64,000 bases of DNA from Octopus sinensis (taxonomy: Eukaryota), in NCBI RefSeq assembly GCF_006345805.1, contig NC_043002.1:26722001-26786000 (forward strand), written 5' to 3'. Shown piece after piece: positions 11,181 through 24,870 of this stretch. The notes beneath the pieces are model-generated. The model was given only the letters and a program-made list of their open reading frames with translations, was not told the DNA's origin and ran no database searches. A program made the position numbers and the translations under genes. Within the stretch, counting starts at the first letter, position 1, and each line of letters opens with the position of its first letter.

Positions 11181-12075
11181 AATGTGCGTGCGTGTACATG
11201 ATTTCTTCTATATGAAACATGGAGGGAGTGTTTATGAGTTTGTACAGTAAATTGATCTGTATGAAATAGTAACCATATCTTCCTCAAATCACACTCTACT
11301 GTCTCAAAATAGCAAGGTTTGTGGAATGATTTATCTCTGTTTGCATAATATATAAAGAAAAGCAACAACTTATATAGGTATGAGCATATGCCCTCGCTTA
11401 CATGGTAGGTCACTATATTAGAGATGGGCACCGAATCTCCCTTAAATCACAACATACCGTGTAAAATGGAACATGTAGCCCTATATAAGTACAACATCTT
11501 TATTAGCATAGAATGAACGCTTTGCGGTGATAGCTATCATAATCAGGGTAGATCTGAGTTTTTAAAATAAAATATTCTTTTTAGTTTCTTTCTCTCTCAA
11601 ACTCAATCTTCCGATCTCTGCTACAGTAATTTCCTTGGAGACTATAGCATGCATGACATTACTAATAGTATTGTCTTCAGACGAACAGTCATTGCTTTTT
11701 TTCTAATTATTACATTTATGCATAAATTATATTTTATCCTCAATGCTACCAATTGATTTATTATTCTCCAGAGTAGTTGTATATTTTCATTTTATTTTAT
11801 TTTTAATACAAAATTTTCCTTTCCATCTTAGTTTCAACCAATGTTCTTCTCAAGTGATAATCAAGTAAAATGATATCGTTCTCTTATGTATTCTAAATGT
11901 AAAGTTCTGGGAGAAAATGATTGCTTTGGATATCATCCAATCTAATTGTCATAACAGTCTGTGATGTATCAGATTTATTTCCCTCAATTATTAGTTATTG
12001 TTTCATTCATTAAGCGGTAACAGATGATATACTGATATTTACATTTGCATAAAACCAACAATATTGTGTCTACTA

Positions 12076-12273
12076 CAGGCACCTGATATTTGGGGTGGGG
12101 TATAGTGTAAGTCGATTTCATCGACACCAGTCCTCGTCTGCTACTTATTTCATCTACAACGAAAAGTTGAAAGGCAAAGTCAGTTTCGGCAGCATTTGAA
12201 CTCAGAAAGAAGGTCGGACGAAATGCCACTGGACATGTCCAGCGTACTAATCATTCTGTTAACTCATCACCTT
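12076..12273 (-). mobile_element. SINE family B, diverged
   Basis: gaaaggcaaagtc.gtttcggcagcatttgaactcagaa...ggacgaaatgcc. Confidence 0.7.
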
Positions 12274-13364
12274 ACATATAGCAAATAATGTATTAGCGAA
12301 TACAGTATAAACTATATATGGCCCTCACTATTTAACTTGAAGGATGAAAAGTAAAAGTGTCATTGTCGCAATTTGAACTTAGAAGGTAAAGGGTTTGAAA
12401 TATGTCTTAAGTAGTAAATATTTGTAACAGAAGCACAGCATTTTGCCTTTGGCAGTTGACATGCCTTTGGCAGTTGACATGCCTTTGTAAATTTCGACTT
12501 TTAAAATTCTTCGAAATCTTCATTCTGAATGTTTCGAAATCAAGAATGTTTCGGAAAAAATTACAAGATCGCTATTGATGTTGTTGTTTCTACCAAGCAA
12601 AGTCGACATCTCCGGCAATTGAAAATAGAACGTAACGGATCGCATATAAATACAGTGGTTTTGATATCGGCTATAGTCATAAATCTTTGCACATTCCGTA
12701 ACAGATAGCAACCCGCAAATACTTGTCTTTTGAAAGGAAATCGCAAAATTCTGATATACAAATGGAATGAAGAATGACTGAATAGTCTGTGTCATGTTTT
12801 TCGCAAATTACTTCAGATATCTATGTAGTTACTAGCAGACTTCGTCCTCTCATACTTGATTCATTAAAATATTCAGGATGTAGGAGATGCAAAGACAGAA
12901 CTATTCCATCACTGGGCTGGTACTGTTTTCATCTATATATATGGTACATATATATAGAGGTACATTTAGATTCGGTACATAAGGTACATTTAAATTCGGT
13001 GGGTGGTGGAGATTTGTACGGACAATGCAGAGAAGCGCAACAAATATAATAATGCCATTTGTCTTGATGTTCTCACGACTATGTCAGTTAACTGTTTGGA
13101 AATCTGGAACAATAACGTAAAAGAATGCGAGTAAATACTAGAAGGTATTTGTTTGTCGTTCTGTATGTTCTGTTCATCGATATTACTTTGCTCTATGGTT
13201 GTTATGCGGGACGTGACAACAGTCCCTTATACCAAACTTAGTAATTTTCTAGCACTTATACAAAGCAGCGAGCGAGGTTAAGTGTAATTACTCGACGTGC
13301 ACAAAAGCAACCATTAGATTCACATAAAAGGCATATTTCTATTTCAGGGAAGTATACATTAGAT

Positions 13365-13518
13365 CAACTCCAGTGCTTGAGTGGTACCTATTTTGCCAAC
13401 GGCGAAAGTTTGAGAGAAACAAATCGACCGCGGCGGAATTTGAACTCAGAACGTATAACGAACGAAAAGCTACTACTCATTTTGTCCGATGCTTTAACGA
13501 TTCGGCAAGTTCAAGCCC
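13365..13518 (-). mobile_element. SINE family B, diverged
   Basis: tcgaccgcggcggaatttgaactcagaacgta. Confidence 0.7.
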
Positions 13519-15746
13519 TAATCACATTTATATTAATGACACTTAGTTTAACGGACGTAAGAAAGTTTTAGTTACTGTTTATCTTTGTTCCCCAATGAGG
13601 ATTGTTTTAACGAGTCTAATGCACCTAATGGACAGATGTTGGTGTTCAAGTGAGTAAAGAATAAATTTTACTATAAAATATCAACCTGATGTTCTTCCAG
13701 CTTGTTCTGTCTCGATAACTTCATTCATAAACATAAAGCTTAGACGGCACTGAATGTAAAGATGGTGGAATAAAGTACACTACAGTCAGCCGTCACTCAA
13801 TCTCAGGTGTGCCTCCATGATATGTTTCCTACTTTTGGTAATGTTTATACGTGCCAATGTAGTCAAAAACTGTCAGTTATAACCTACTGAGCACGCAATT
13901 CTGTCTCAGCAGGACATTAATATTCAAGTGTGCTGACAAGAGAATCGTGAAATGAAATTACTTGCTCAAGGACGCAATGCCCTACCCAATCCAGCATTTG
14001 AACCTGCTGCTATATAAAACTTCCTAACATACAAAGAAAGTCTTGAATACATGTATTTTGGTTGGGTATATTATAGTAAGTTTGTTTTCCGAGTTCCCAT
14101 TCCTCAGTTCTGAGATTGCAAATATCGAACGCCGCTCCTATAAGGTGTTCTAAAGGCTATGATTTGAATTGGCCACTGAACAATTATTGCAAATTATATA
14201 TTTTGTAAATCCAGTTTCGCTCTATAACTTTATTATGTATTTATGTCGTGAATATATTTTCGTATTGTTGATAAAATGACAAATCTCTTCGCTCTTAGTT
14301 TTGAGCAAATTGACGTTGAATTAATTACTGCAAACAATCAAAAGTTTATGCTCCGTGGTCGTTCGAACTACTAAAAATAGCATCTATGTCTCGCCCAATC
14401 ACACCATGACGGCTTATAAACTGTGCATATTGGATAATACTGTCTTGGGTTTACTGAAACAGAATAAAATACTGGAGAGATAGAGCTATATTTTTCCATT
14501 CATACAAGGTCTGGTCTTAATCTGCCTACTTTGTGGCTAATTAACTCCAGCGACACAAACATAACATCTTTGAATTTGGAGTAAATACGACTTAAACTAA
14601 TTAGGTTTGGCTTTTGGTGAGATCAGGCAACAATGTTATTACTGCTATTCATCAATAGACTAAAATTTAGATGAAGTAAACAATTTTTTTCATTTTCAAA
14701 GTGTAGAATACTTTTTTCGTAAATACAGCCTTTCAAAATTTGCAAATTCGATCATTCATTAAAGACATAATGTAATTGTATAAAATTAAAAGTTGATGTT
14801 TTATTCTATTCTTGTGAATATATGTTGATGTTTTATTCTATTCTTGTGAATATATTTCACGAAGTTTTCGAATATTTTCGTTGGTCTTTGTTTTTTTTTT
14901 CTTTTGGAATATGAAGGGCGATATGGGTTAAGCAGAATGTTGTTCCAATCAACTCAATATTATATACTTGAAACAAAAAGCAAAGATTCAGTATATTGAA
15001 TATTCATTTATTTTATGAATTTCTTTTGTAATACTCTTCGATAAATTAACTTTGTGGAACACCTTCGCTTAATTAACTGGTAGTGATTAGAATTCTACCA
15101 AAGTACACAGCTAATGATTTCAATTAATTTTAAGACTAATATGGCGCGATTTCGTAGTAATTTTTTTTATTTATTGGCATTTTAAGCTGGTATTCAAACA
15201 TAATTTAACAGAAGCAGTCTTACATAACATTCAGTTGTAGAGTCGAATTTAAACAACGAACTCATTATAACGAATATTTTTGCGTAAAAACCCGAAAGCT
15301 TATATTAGGTGGGATGACATCAACAGGTATACCACTTTAGTTATCGACGATCCATAATATCAACCACATGTAGATACTAATCGCTAAAGCGTGTTCGAAA
15401 CATCATGTGATACTTATTTCTGCTTCGCTGTTCAGTAAATCCAAAATGTCTTACATAACATTGCCTAGTTTTAAACGTTGGAAGTGAAACGTTGTAGGCA
15501 GAACATATGTAGTTGATTATCGACTAAACTATGTTTCTATATCTGTTTCCTTTACCATCTACGTTGGCCCCACAACTCTGCCCTCGGGTGCCTTAAGCCT
15601 TTATTGCAAATATCTTGACCAGACACCTGTCTAAGATTAAATAACTTTCCTTGTGTGTTTGTTTTTCGTGCAATATGCTATGAGATATGGTTTTTTCATC
15701 TTTTGTCCTTGACTAACAAATAATGATGATAATAAAAAGGATCTCA

Positions 15747-15949
15747 AAATTTCGCACACGGCCAGAAATTTCGGCGCAGGTTAAGTTGATTACATCGACT
15801 CCAGTCCTTAACTTTTACTTAATTTATCGACACTAAAAGGATGAAATGCATAGCCGAACAAGGCGGAATTTAAACTCAGAATGTAAAGACTGACAGAATG
15901 CCGCTAAACATTTCGTCCGGCGTGCTAAATATTCTACGAGATCGCCGCC

Positions 15950-15951
<2 letters not shown>
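15747..15951 (-). mobile_element. SINE family B with head abutting (TAA)n
   Basis: ggcggaatttaaactcagaatgtaaagactgacagaatgccgctaaacatttcgtccggcgtgct...gatcgccgcctt. Confidence 0.8.
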
Positions 15952-16001
<50 letters not shown>

Positions 16002-16011
16002 TGATGATGAT
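15951..16011. repeat. (TAA)n/(TGA)n microsatellite
   Basis: Seen directly. Confidence 0.95.
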
Positions 16012-16463
16012 TCTGTGCGACCATGAGCTAGAGAATAGGAAACCAAATATAGTATTTATTGAGAAAGAAAGGAAACGGTGCTAGTTCATAGTTATAGCAT
16101 GCCAGCTGACAACAAGGTATGCGATAAGGAAGAAAGAAAAGTCGACAGATATAACAGCATAGCTTGGGAAGTTAAGCAGTTGTGATCGATGAAAAACGTA
16201 ATAATAGTACCAATAATTGTTGGAGCCCTGGAAACAGTGAGTAAAAATCGTACGAAGTACATGAAACAAATAGGGGCTGCAGAAAAGAACACTGCTTGGA
16301 ACCGCTCGAATACGCTGGTTAGCGCTCGAAAAATATGGTGTGTTACCTTAGTTCACTGTTAGTGAACAGCTGACTCCGTAGTACATCTCCAGCATTAGAA
16401 GCTGTGCAAAGACAATAAAAGACAATGATAGTAAAATAATAATAATGATATTAATAATAATAA
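16012..16463 (+). mobile_element. 5'-truncated 3' end of an R4/Dong-type non-LTR retrotransposon (restriction-like endonuclease region + 3' UTR + TAA tail)
   Basis: Frameshifted translation CDHELENRKPNIVFIEKERK / PADNKVCDKEERKVDRYNSIAWEVKQL / IVPIIVGALETVSK fits the RLE PD-(D/E)xK region; TAA-rich tail at 16435-16463. Confidence 0.75.
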
Positions 16464-16675
16464 AGGTATAAATTAGTCACTAATTTTAAAACATATCCAA
16501 AAAATAATGCCGGGAAACATAGCTACCAAAAAAATGTAGCGAGGCGATTTTCGATCTATCATCCTACGATATTATAAATATATATATTCAAAGAACAAGG
16601 AAGCGGTGTCAAGTCAAAAAGTCAACTCTGAACGAACAGATCCGTCTCCTATTGTCACTGTCAATGCCTTAATGA

Positions 16676-17150
16676 CAAGCTAAAACTCATGCCGGTTGGA
16701 TCATCACCTGGGACAACAAGGACGGTATCACTCAGTGAGAAACCAGATGAGTCGAAAAGCCTGCTACTGGAACGAACTCTACAAAACGATCTATCAGGTA
16801 ACCAGACCCAGGATTATCTTTACACTAGACTTGTAGTGACGCCACCAAAAACATCACCTAACGCAAAGCGCATAAAATGGATTAGAGAGAATTATAGAGG
16901 TGTGTTGAAAGCTTTCTAACCTGCCCAAGTAAATCCAAACAATAGCCTCATTGTTCAAACTTACATTTCACGGAGAAACTTAGTAGGCAATGAAATACGC
17001 AGATATTTAGGTGCAAATAAATTAAGTAATGTACGTTGAGACATCAGTAAGAATAAAAGGTTAAGGGACACTGAAATCAGCCAAATTAGGATACAAATAT
17101 CTCATGGTAGATCAAATGAAAGCAGCAGCAATGCAGATGAAATAGGTAAC
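16676..17150 (+). mobile_element. N-terminal fragment of a second R4/Dong-like LINE
   Basis: KRIKWIRENYRGVLKAF*...NKLSNVR*DISKNKRLRDTEISQI resembles the N-terminus of this clade (compare 49420-49640). Confidence 0.5.
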
Positions 17151-19663
17151 AGGTGAAGAGAACCCAGTGTACGAGCAGTGTATATCCACCTTGTACAATG
17201 TTAGATACTTTTTCTCATTCGTTCTTTCTGTCTTTATCTCCGACACTGTGGAAAGCATTCAGACTTGAAGAGGTATGTGCTGTACCAGGTCTAGACATGC
17301 TTACATACCTAACTCACGACAAAACCTCTGTGACTACAGCAACAAACACAGGTTAGACAAGGTAATATATCATGTGGTGAAATATCTAAGTCACTTTACC
17401 TTTTCATTCTAAACTACGTTGCCAAAATACATGCTACGCAAGGATTGAACACGATATGACTGACCATTTCATTTCTAATATCGCTTGGTATTCTTATTGC
17501 TTAGACATCAATAAGTGAACTCGTGAATGGCGTTTGATAGACAGAAGTAACAGTGTAGGGGATTGAATGTAGCTATTCAGATTATGGTCTATTAATTAAA
17601 ATGTATGAAACGTGTAGCCTTCACAATTTGACTTTAAACAGAGTTTCCCCTTCTCCACACATCATCGGTAATTTTATAACTGATTGAACGCGAGGATAAT
17701 ATTGATATTGGAATCGTATACTTTGTAGTTTTTAGATTTTAAACACGTTTGAAGGAGGATTTTGTCTTCTAATTACAAGGATATTCGAGTTCGAAACTTT
17801 TTGATTAATACAATGTGTTATGTATGAAAGACTACTACACACATATGTGTATGTTTGTGTCAGGGCGTATACATGTATGCCCATACAGATACACACACAT
17901 ACACACACACACACATTGATATTCTAACCATATAATTACTTCTAGTCAGCTTTTTAATGCAGAGAATATCACACATTTTAACATTAACTAACAAACTTTT
18001 CGCTATCTTTCTATCTCCTCACATAATAATTGTTTGTTAGCTATTTTATACTAGCTGCAGTGGAATATGTTAACATCACTTAACTATAACAATGTATTTG
18101 ATGCTATCAACACCAAACAATATGATATTGACAGAAATAATCTATGGTGTTTTCTTCCTCTTGGAATAAATATCCTATCGCTGAAAATGTTATGTAGTCA
18201 ATGTGTTGGCTTTACTCTATCAATGTATATGCAGTGCTATAAATTATATTCCACCCTTTCTAATGTTTCGTTATGCACAACATATGTGATTGTCTTGTTT
18301 AGATTTATTTCTATATATGAACGGAAGCTGATTTGGTCTCCGTTTTCGTCTTGAACATGGCAGTGTTCTTGTGAAAGGAAAAATAAATACTTCTTTTGAT
18401 GTTATCAATTGAAATAATCTTTTACAAAACCTTCTGGCAGAAATAGGAAAAATACAATATCAATATTCCACGCCATATATCATTTCAAAAAATATAGAAG
18501 TGATAATATTTTGCTATAAAATTTAAAAGTGATTTCTTTTTTTTCTTTTGAACAGACAGTCAACGTGTTTAAATAAACATTGGTTTGTTTTCTTCTTGGA
18601 CAATTGACGTGCCTCAATAAACTGTTTTTTTTTTCTTGGATATTTCGACGTCTTAAATGTTTCTGAAAGATTACGTGACTGTTAGTAGTTTTGTTGTTTC
18701 AGACAAGTGTCTACATGCTTCAGGAAAAAAAAGTAGCTATCATTGACTTTGAACGTCTTTTATGCAGATCATTCTAGGTCGGATACATCTCACGGTCACA
18801 TACATTTCAGCTATGACCATCTCGTATTATTAAGAGTAGTCTGAACCATCTTCTCTGATTTGTTCTTTCAGAATGCCGTGTATGATCTAAGGGATATTTG
18901 TTTAGTATGTCCAGGAAACTGACTGACCACCCAAAGATTTCCTAATTTGTCACTTTTCGAAATGTTGTTTAAATCTATGTCAACACAACTGATTATTATC
19001 ACTTATTCTTATGGGTTTGCTCAGTATATTTGTTCCAATATATTTACTTCTTCTATTTAGACGGTTAGGTCTGATATGAAAGGCTGCTATATTTAAATAC
19101 TGGCCACGCGATCAAGTAGATTTTCTTTCGCTCAAAGACATTTGTGTTAGTTTATGTCAATTGTTATGAATATTTAACTTCGTACATATTTATTAGAACA
19201 TATATAAAATATCAGATATAAATTAGAATTTCATGATATTTCCCAAAAGAGTAATTCCTTTCTTTTGCTACAAAATTTGACCAGACATAGTTTAACTGTG
19301 TGACTAATAATTATGCTTTGAAACGCGGTTCTGAGTTTTATCACACTGCACAGCACATTGGTAAAGTTCCGCCCACCATTGATTTGTTTTGAAGACGATT
19401 TGCTAGTGAAGTAATGTAAATGAAAAGCCTGCCGGATGCACGTTTACTATGATGATGATTGGGTAGAAAAATTAATCGGGCCCTGACTCAGCACCACTTG
19501 TTGCGTGGGAGTAAATTATTGAGTCAACCCTGTTGAAGGTCCCGGTCTGAAAATAAAACCTATTGTTGATCTTGATCTTGTAAAAGTATATGAATTGCGG
19601 GGCTCTTTCTCCACCATTATCCACAGAAGAAATATGACCAAAAGCTTTCCTTCTCCAACGAGG

Positions 19664-19705
<42 letters not shown>

Positions 19706-19744
19706 TATGGTGTATACTTGCAAATTATATATAAAGTACACACA

Positions 19745-20090
19745 CATATAAGCAACAAAATGACTGATATCAAAATTGGTAAAGAGTCAGACAAGGAGAC
19801 ACCATATTACCTAAATTATCCACTTCTCTATCAGAAAAAGTTTTTAAACACTTATATTGACCAGATAGAGGAGTAACTATAAACAGATACAAGCTAAATA
19901 ATCTCAAATTCCCTGATGATATTGTACTCATTTCCAGGAGCAATCAACAGAAATGCTCAGAAGAAAGTTAAAACTGTGGACTCATCATGGATATGAATAA
20001 ATCGAAGATAATCCCCAAACATCTTATCACAGCGGAAAATGTAGTAATGGATGATGAAATAGGTGAACATGTGGACCAATTACTTTACCT
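19745..20090 (+). mobile_element. RTE-clade LINE reverse transcriptase fragment
   Basis: Degenerate IKIGK.VRQGDTI.PKL...NNLKFPDDIVLIS...GLIMDMNKSKI (RT domains 4-6). Confidence 0.7.
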
Positions 20091-20189
20091 TGAATTCCCT
20101 CAAATGTGCGAGAAATCAAACCATAATCATCAGCATACAGAAAATCCCACAGGACCCCTTCCTTGGTATTTTCTTTGATCTGAAACTTT

Positions 20190-20900
20190 GTCCGTTGTGG
20201 TTTAATATGTACGAAACCGGGATTTTATACCTCCAAAGTAATCCCTGAAAGCATGTTGGATTGTCATTGAAAAGAATATGAATAAATGTACAAACATTAA
20301 AACACATCCTTCTTTGGTTCCAGTGGTAACTGGCAACAGAAAATGCCTCTGAGCATTGACTACAAGATATCACTGTTGCCATCATTCCTTTATGAAAAGC
20401 TACTATTACCCTTATCATTCTACCAAGTGGTCTAGCTTTTGACAAAGTTTCCAGAATGCCTCACGATTTGCCTTATCAAAGTCAAGTCGACAAAGACCAT
20501 TTAGAAGTCTTTTGTTCACGCACTATCGCTTGAACTTGTCGGAGAGCGAATATCCTGTCAATTGCGCCTCTCCCAGACCAAAATCTATATTGTGATTCAA
20601 GATATACGCTATGTTGTTTGATGCGGATAATAATTTTTCCAGCTATGCACAACAATCTTATTCCTCTGTGATTATCACATGCACTCTATTTCTCCTTGCG
20701 TTTGTAAAAGTGCTTTATAGATGCATGTTTGAACTGCTGGGGAACAGATCTAGTTTTTCCGAATCAAATAGATCAATTTGCGCATCTTACTTACAAGTTG
20801 TCTGCCACCATGCTTCTACATCTCTATGGGAATACCGTCTTGTCCAGGAGTTGACACTTAAGAGTTTCGTTTCGTCGCTAGAGAGAATAAGTTCTTGGAT
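20190..20900 (-). mobile_element. RTE/BovB-like LINE RT fragment, opposite orientation
   Basis: TPGQDGIPIEM*KHGG...CDNHRGIRLLCIAGKII...VFVDL...MIRVIVAFHKGMMATV...SEAFSV. Confidence 0.75.
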
Positions 20901-21849
20901 CAAATACACTCTTTAGATTCCTACCATGCCCTGACACCTAGAACGATTCATGATCTGACTCACTTTTTCTCTTCTCATCGCCCATATTGTCTCCTGCCTA
21001 GACACTACGCGAAGAATTCCACTTACTACGTCCTCTATAAAATGTTCTCCGGAGAACACTACACATGCATCCTACTACCTCTTGACTTATAAGTGTTGAA
21101 GCGGAATATTAGGAGGTTATAAGCTTCTGTGGGGAGGAGGATATTGGGAGGCATCTCCCCCCCCAGATTTAGCTAAGAAAATTTGCATTATTATTTTGAA
21201 GAATATATAAATCTTTTCTTGTTAGAAAACATTAACTGTATTAATAAATGCTAAATGGTATTTTGCTAAATATTTAAATTGCACTTTATATGCTATTTCG
21301 TAGAATATTATAACTTTTTATTAATTCTTATAGTAGTTCAAAGTGACTTGTAATGTGTTTTAAATCGTATTAGTTAATGATATGTTAAAACTAAATTGTA
21401 TTAGTCAATACTCTTTTGTGTATATATTTCTAAATGCTTTGGAGAATGTCGATTCGTTCGGTGGTTTCTCTATGACAGTGGTCTTTCATGTTTATCTTGA
21501 TATTTTTCTCTAATGTTCTGTTTACATTTTTCACGCTTGTAAGTTATTTATTGAATTTATTCGTTTATTTCTATCATTATAAACTGTCAGATTTATTGTT
21601 CCAGTTTATTGATTGTTTGTGCAAGAAATTATTATTTGAATGATTGCTTGGCTAAATGTGCATGTGTCTGTTGATAAAGAGTACAGGTCAGACACTGATA
21701 GTTAGGAAATTAATTTAACAAGCAATATGAAAGACAATCAACTCACAAAATAATTAATTGGTCTTTTCAGAACATTATTTCAACATCATAAACTTTCATA
21801 CTGATATCTTTGTAAACATGTTGCTGTCTTCCAAATGTGAGCAAAGAAT

Positions 21850-22680
21850 GGATGTTACACGTGGAAAGAATAAGCTGTGTATTACTGCGGCTGGAAACAG
21901 CGCATTGAGGTATCGAGTTGTTCAATAAACTGGAACTCAATCACAAATGTATCTAACAGATCTAACACAATTAATGGTCCACGACAACCAGATAGTGCGA
22001 AGTAAAAGCAGAATGAGCAGTTGTGACACATTTGAGAATTATGGGTAATGCCATAATAGTAATAGTAATATACTTAAGTGAATTTTTGCTGAAATTAGAT
22101 TAATGAATAAATTTGAGCCAGACGGAGCGTCAAGGAAAACTATTCCCCTATAGAGAGTTTTAGCAAACTTTCTGATGTCTTAAACTTCATTTTGATTTTT
22201 AAATGTGCCGCCAAAAATTATTCGATTCAGTGGGTATGCTGTCCCAATCGCTGAATATCATATCTCTCGAGTGAAAGTTACAGGGGGTTCACATTTTTCG
22301 AGGACCTTGCCAGTACGCACTTTATAATATTTTCAGTGAGCAGCAGTGATTTGTTGAACATGAAGGGGGTAAATTTTAGCTCCGAGTATTTTTTTTCTTT
22401 TTGTCCATTGATGAAATCCCATTCGTAGTGCTGCCCTGCATTTTTGCAAGAATTTGCTGACGATTGAATAGTGAACAGGTACAGAAAGTAATATCAAAGG
22501 GGCACCTCAACTTGCTTGGGGAGCATGAAGATGCATCCACTTCTAATGTAATCTATGGCTTGCAACATCACCTGTGACAGCAATTGCACTAAGTTGTACA
22601 GATGTACAAAGCCACTGTAAATAGTTCCTGGCATGCGAGGAACATGCTAGGAACTATTTAAATAACTTCTTATTTAAAAT
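21850..22680 (+). mobile_element. Highly decayed DNA-transposon coding relic with C-terminal Cys-rich (CXC-like) motif; Academ-like?
   Basis: IRFSGYAVP (cf. VFDGY) near 22225 and CDSNCTK..RC.K...CSLAC.TC near 22575-22650; many stops and frameshifts. Confidence 0.3.
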
Positions 22681-23073
22681 CGTTTGGAAAATTAGTTAGC
22701 AGATTGTGACACCACTCAAGATGAAACTTAATCAACACATTGTTTCACGTATATATTTGTATATATTCATATCGAATAGAGTAACTGTAAAGGGAGTGAA
22801 TTATATTTGAAACGAAATATTTAGATACTATATTTTAAAAACGCTGACGACAATTTCTCACTGAAAAAAAAATATTTTCATAAATTTAGTATGCGACTTC
22901 AAATACCATGAAATATATGAAATATATGAAATATATTCTTTCGATGTTTCGCGTAAAAACTGGATTAAATTTATGAAAATATTCACGTACTACACTCTCT
23001 GGATTCGATGTTATGATACTTGAATTACATATTAAAACAACAACAACAATAAAAAAACGTCAGATTTCGGGAG

Positions 23074-24870
23074 TTAAAAACAAGAATTTTGACCTGAAAT
23101 AACGAAACAATAATTTATGTGTATCACTATTTTCCAATGTATTTGAAAAACCCTTTCCCAACTTTTCGGAATTATCAACCAAACAGTTTTGCTCAGACTT
23201 ACCCTGTTAATAGAGTAATTATCTTTAAAAATCGTAGATGAACTTTTATAACGAAAAAAGGGTCTTAAACGGTTAACTCCCTTACACTGCAAAATCAATT
23301 TTTTCTATGTAGTGTTGTTATTCGAACTAAAATTTACATTGTTATTACCGTTATGCCGTGATTTCGTGTCCTGATTAATAGAGGTAGAATTAATGTCAAT
23401 AGGGTTAATATTGGTAATGTTTTCTTTATAGCCTGTTTTAAGCGAAGCCGAGTTATAAAATTCGGCTTTATTGTTGAAGATATCAACATTGGCAGATAAT
23501 CTAGAAAGTTTAAGTGAAATATTCCTAATCAAATTCTTTGTAATAGACTTCGGATGATTACTGAAAAATCTAATATATTTTAAATTAGTTGAGGGTTTCT
23601 GGCATGGGAAATATGAATCATGTATGTAAGTTAAGCTTAATATCCAAGAAATAGGCTTTAGTTATATCATCGTCAAAAACAATGCTTAAGCCCATGTTTC
23701 GGAAAAAAATTAACCAACCTATTTTTAACGCTTTGTAATTTTTGGTTAGAAGTATTTTGAAGGTAGAATAGACAATCATCACGATATAGATAGACCTCCA
23801 TTAATGTTTCGGAATTTAGTCAGCCATCTCGTAAAATCAGTGGTTTGTGCTGAATCTGAACTTCCCATCGTGACATCAAAACTTTCGGGTGTATCTTTAC
23901 GGACCCACAGCTTGCTTCAAAATTTAATAAATTTTCTGGCGTGTAACATGACATTAATTTCATCTCTGGTGAGACCCACTTTGTTGTGTGCGCACCAAAG
24001 TGTCTTGTTAAGTACAATTGGCTTAATAGAGGAATAGTAACTAGACATGTCGAACTGAATTAGACCATAAATTAAAATATAATTTTTAACTGACGTAGGA
24101 ATATATTTATCTAGAATGTTTTTGTTAAGTATACCGATATCAGAGCTAGAAGGACAAATAAGTCGTAAGATTGGGCTATTAAAAAATTTGGTTTGTGTAC
24201 TTTTAAAATAAAGCGGGGTTGTTTTCTCAGCACTTTTACCAGTAATCTTATAATTCTTCTGTATTATTTCTTTTATAAGCAATTTTAGGTAGTAATCCCT
24301 GGTAAGTCTGTATAAGTTTCCTGTTTTATCCGATTGAAACAGTATTCCATCCATGTTGTGAATTTCTTTGGTGATATTTTGGAGACACCTCAGATGTTTA
24401 GTTCTTATGGGTGAACGGTGTAATTTCATATTTCTCACGATAGACCAGGGATCGTCTTCAAACTATTTCAATCTTGAGTTAGAGGGAGGATTGTTTTTAG
24501 TTTTAAACAATTTCTTGCATTCAGAAGTTAGATCGTTACAGGGTTGTTTAATGTCCTTATTGTCGAAGAAGAAAGCAAGCCATCTGATATGGTTAATAAA
24601 GGCGTTTGTCTTACTAATGAGTTCCTTAAGGAAAACATTCTTTGCGGGAATGGGTGTATCCTTATGAGATGCGTTTATATTAAATAACTCCGTATTGGTA
24701 ACTATTTTATTTGCAGGTAGAAACCTGGTTGAAGTGTATATAAATGTATGTGTATTTTAATCAATGTGCAAAAACAACACGGGAAATAGTTACCAGGGTA
24801 GCAAAAATTCACATCGGTATTTTTCCGTGTTGTTTTGTACACACTGAAAAAATACACATAAATTTATATA
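23074..24870 (-). mobile_element. Penelope-like element, degenerate RT region, 5' end with inverted repeat
   Basis: KELISKTNAFINHIRWLAFF; QSDKTGNLYRL; LICPSSSDIGILNKNILDK; IQFDMSSYYSSI; RLSANVDIFNNKAEFYN; ISGQN motifs in the ORF track. Confidence 0.8.
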
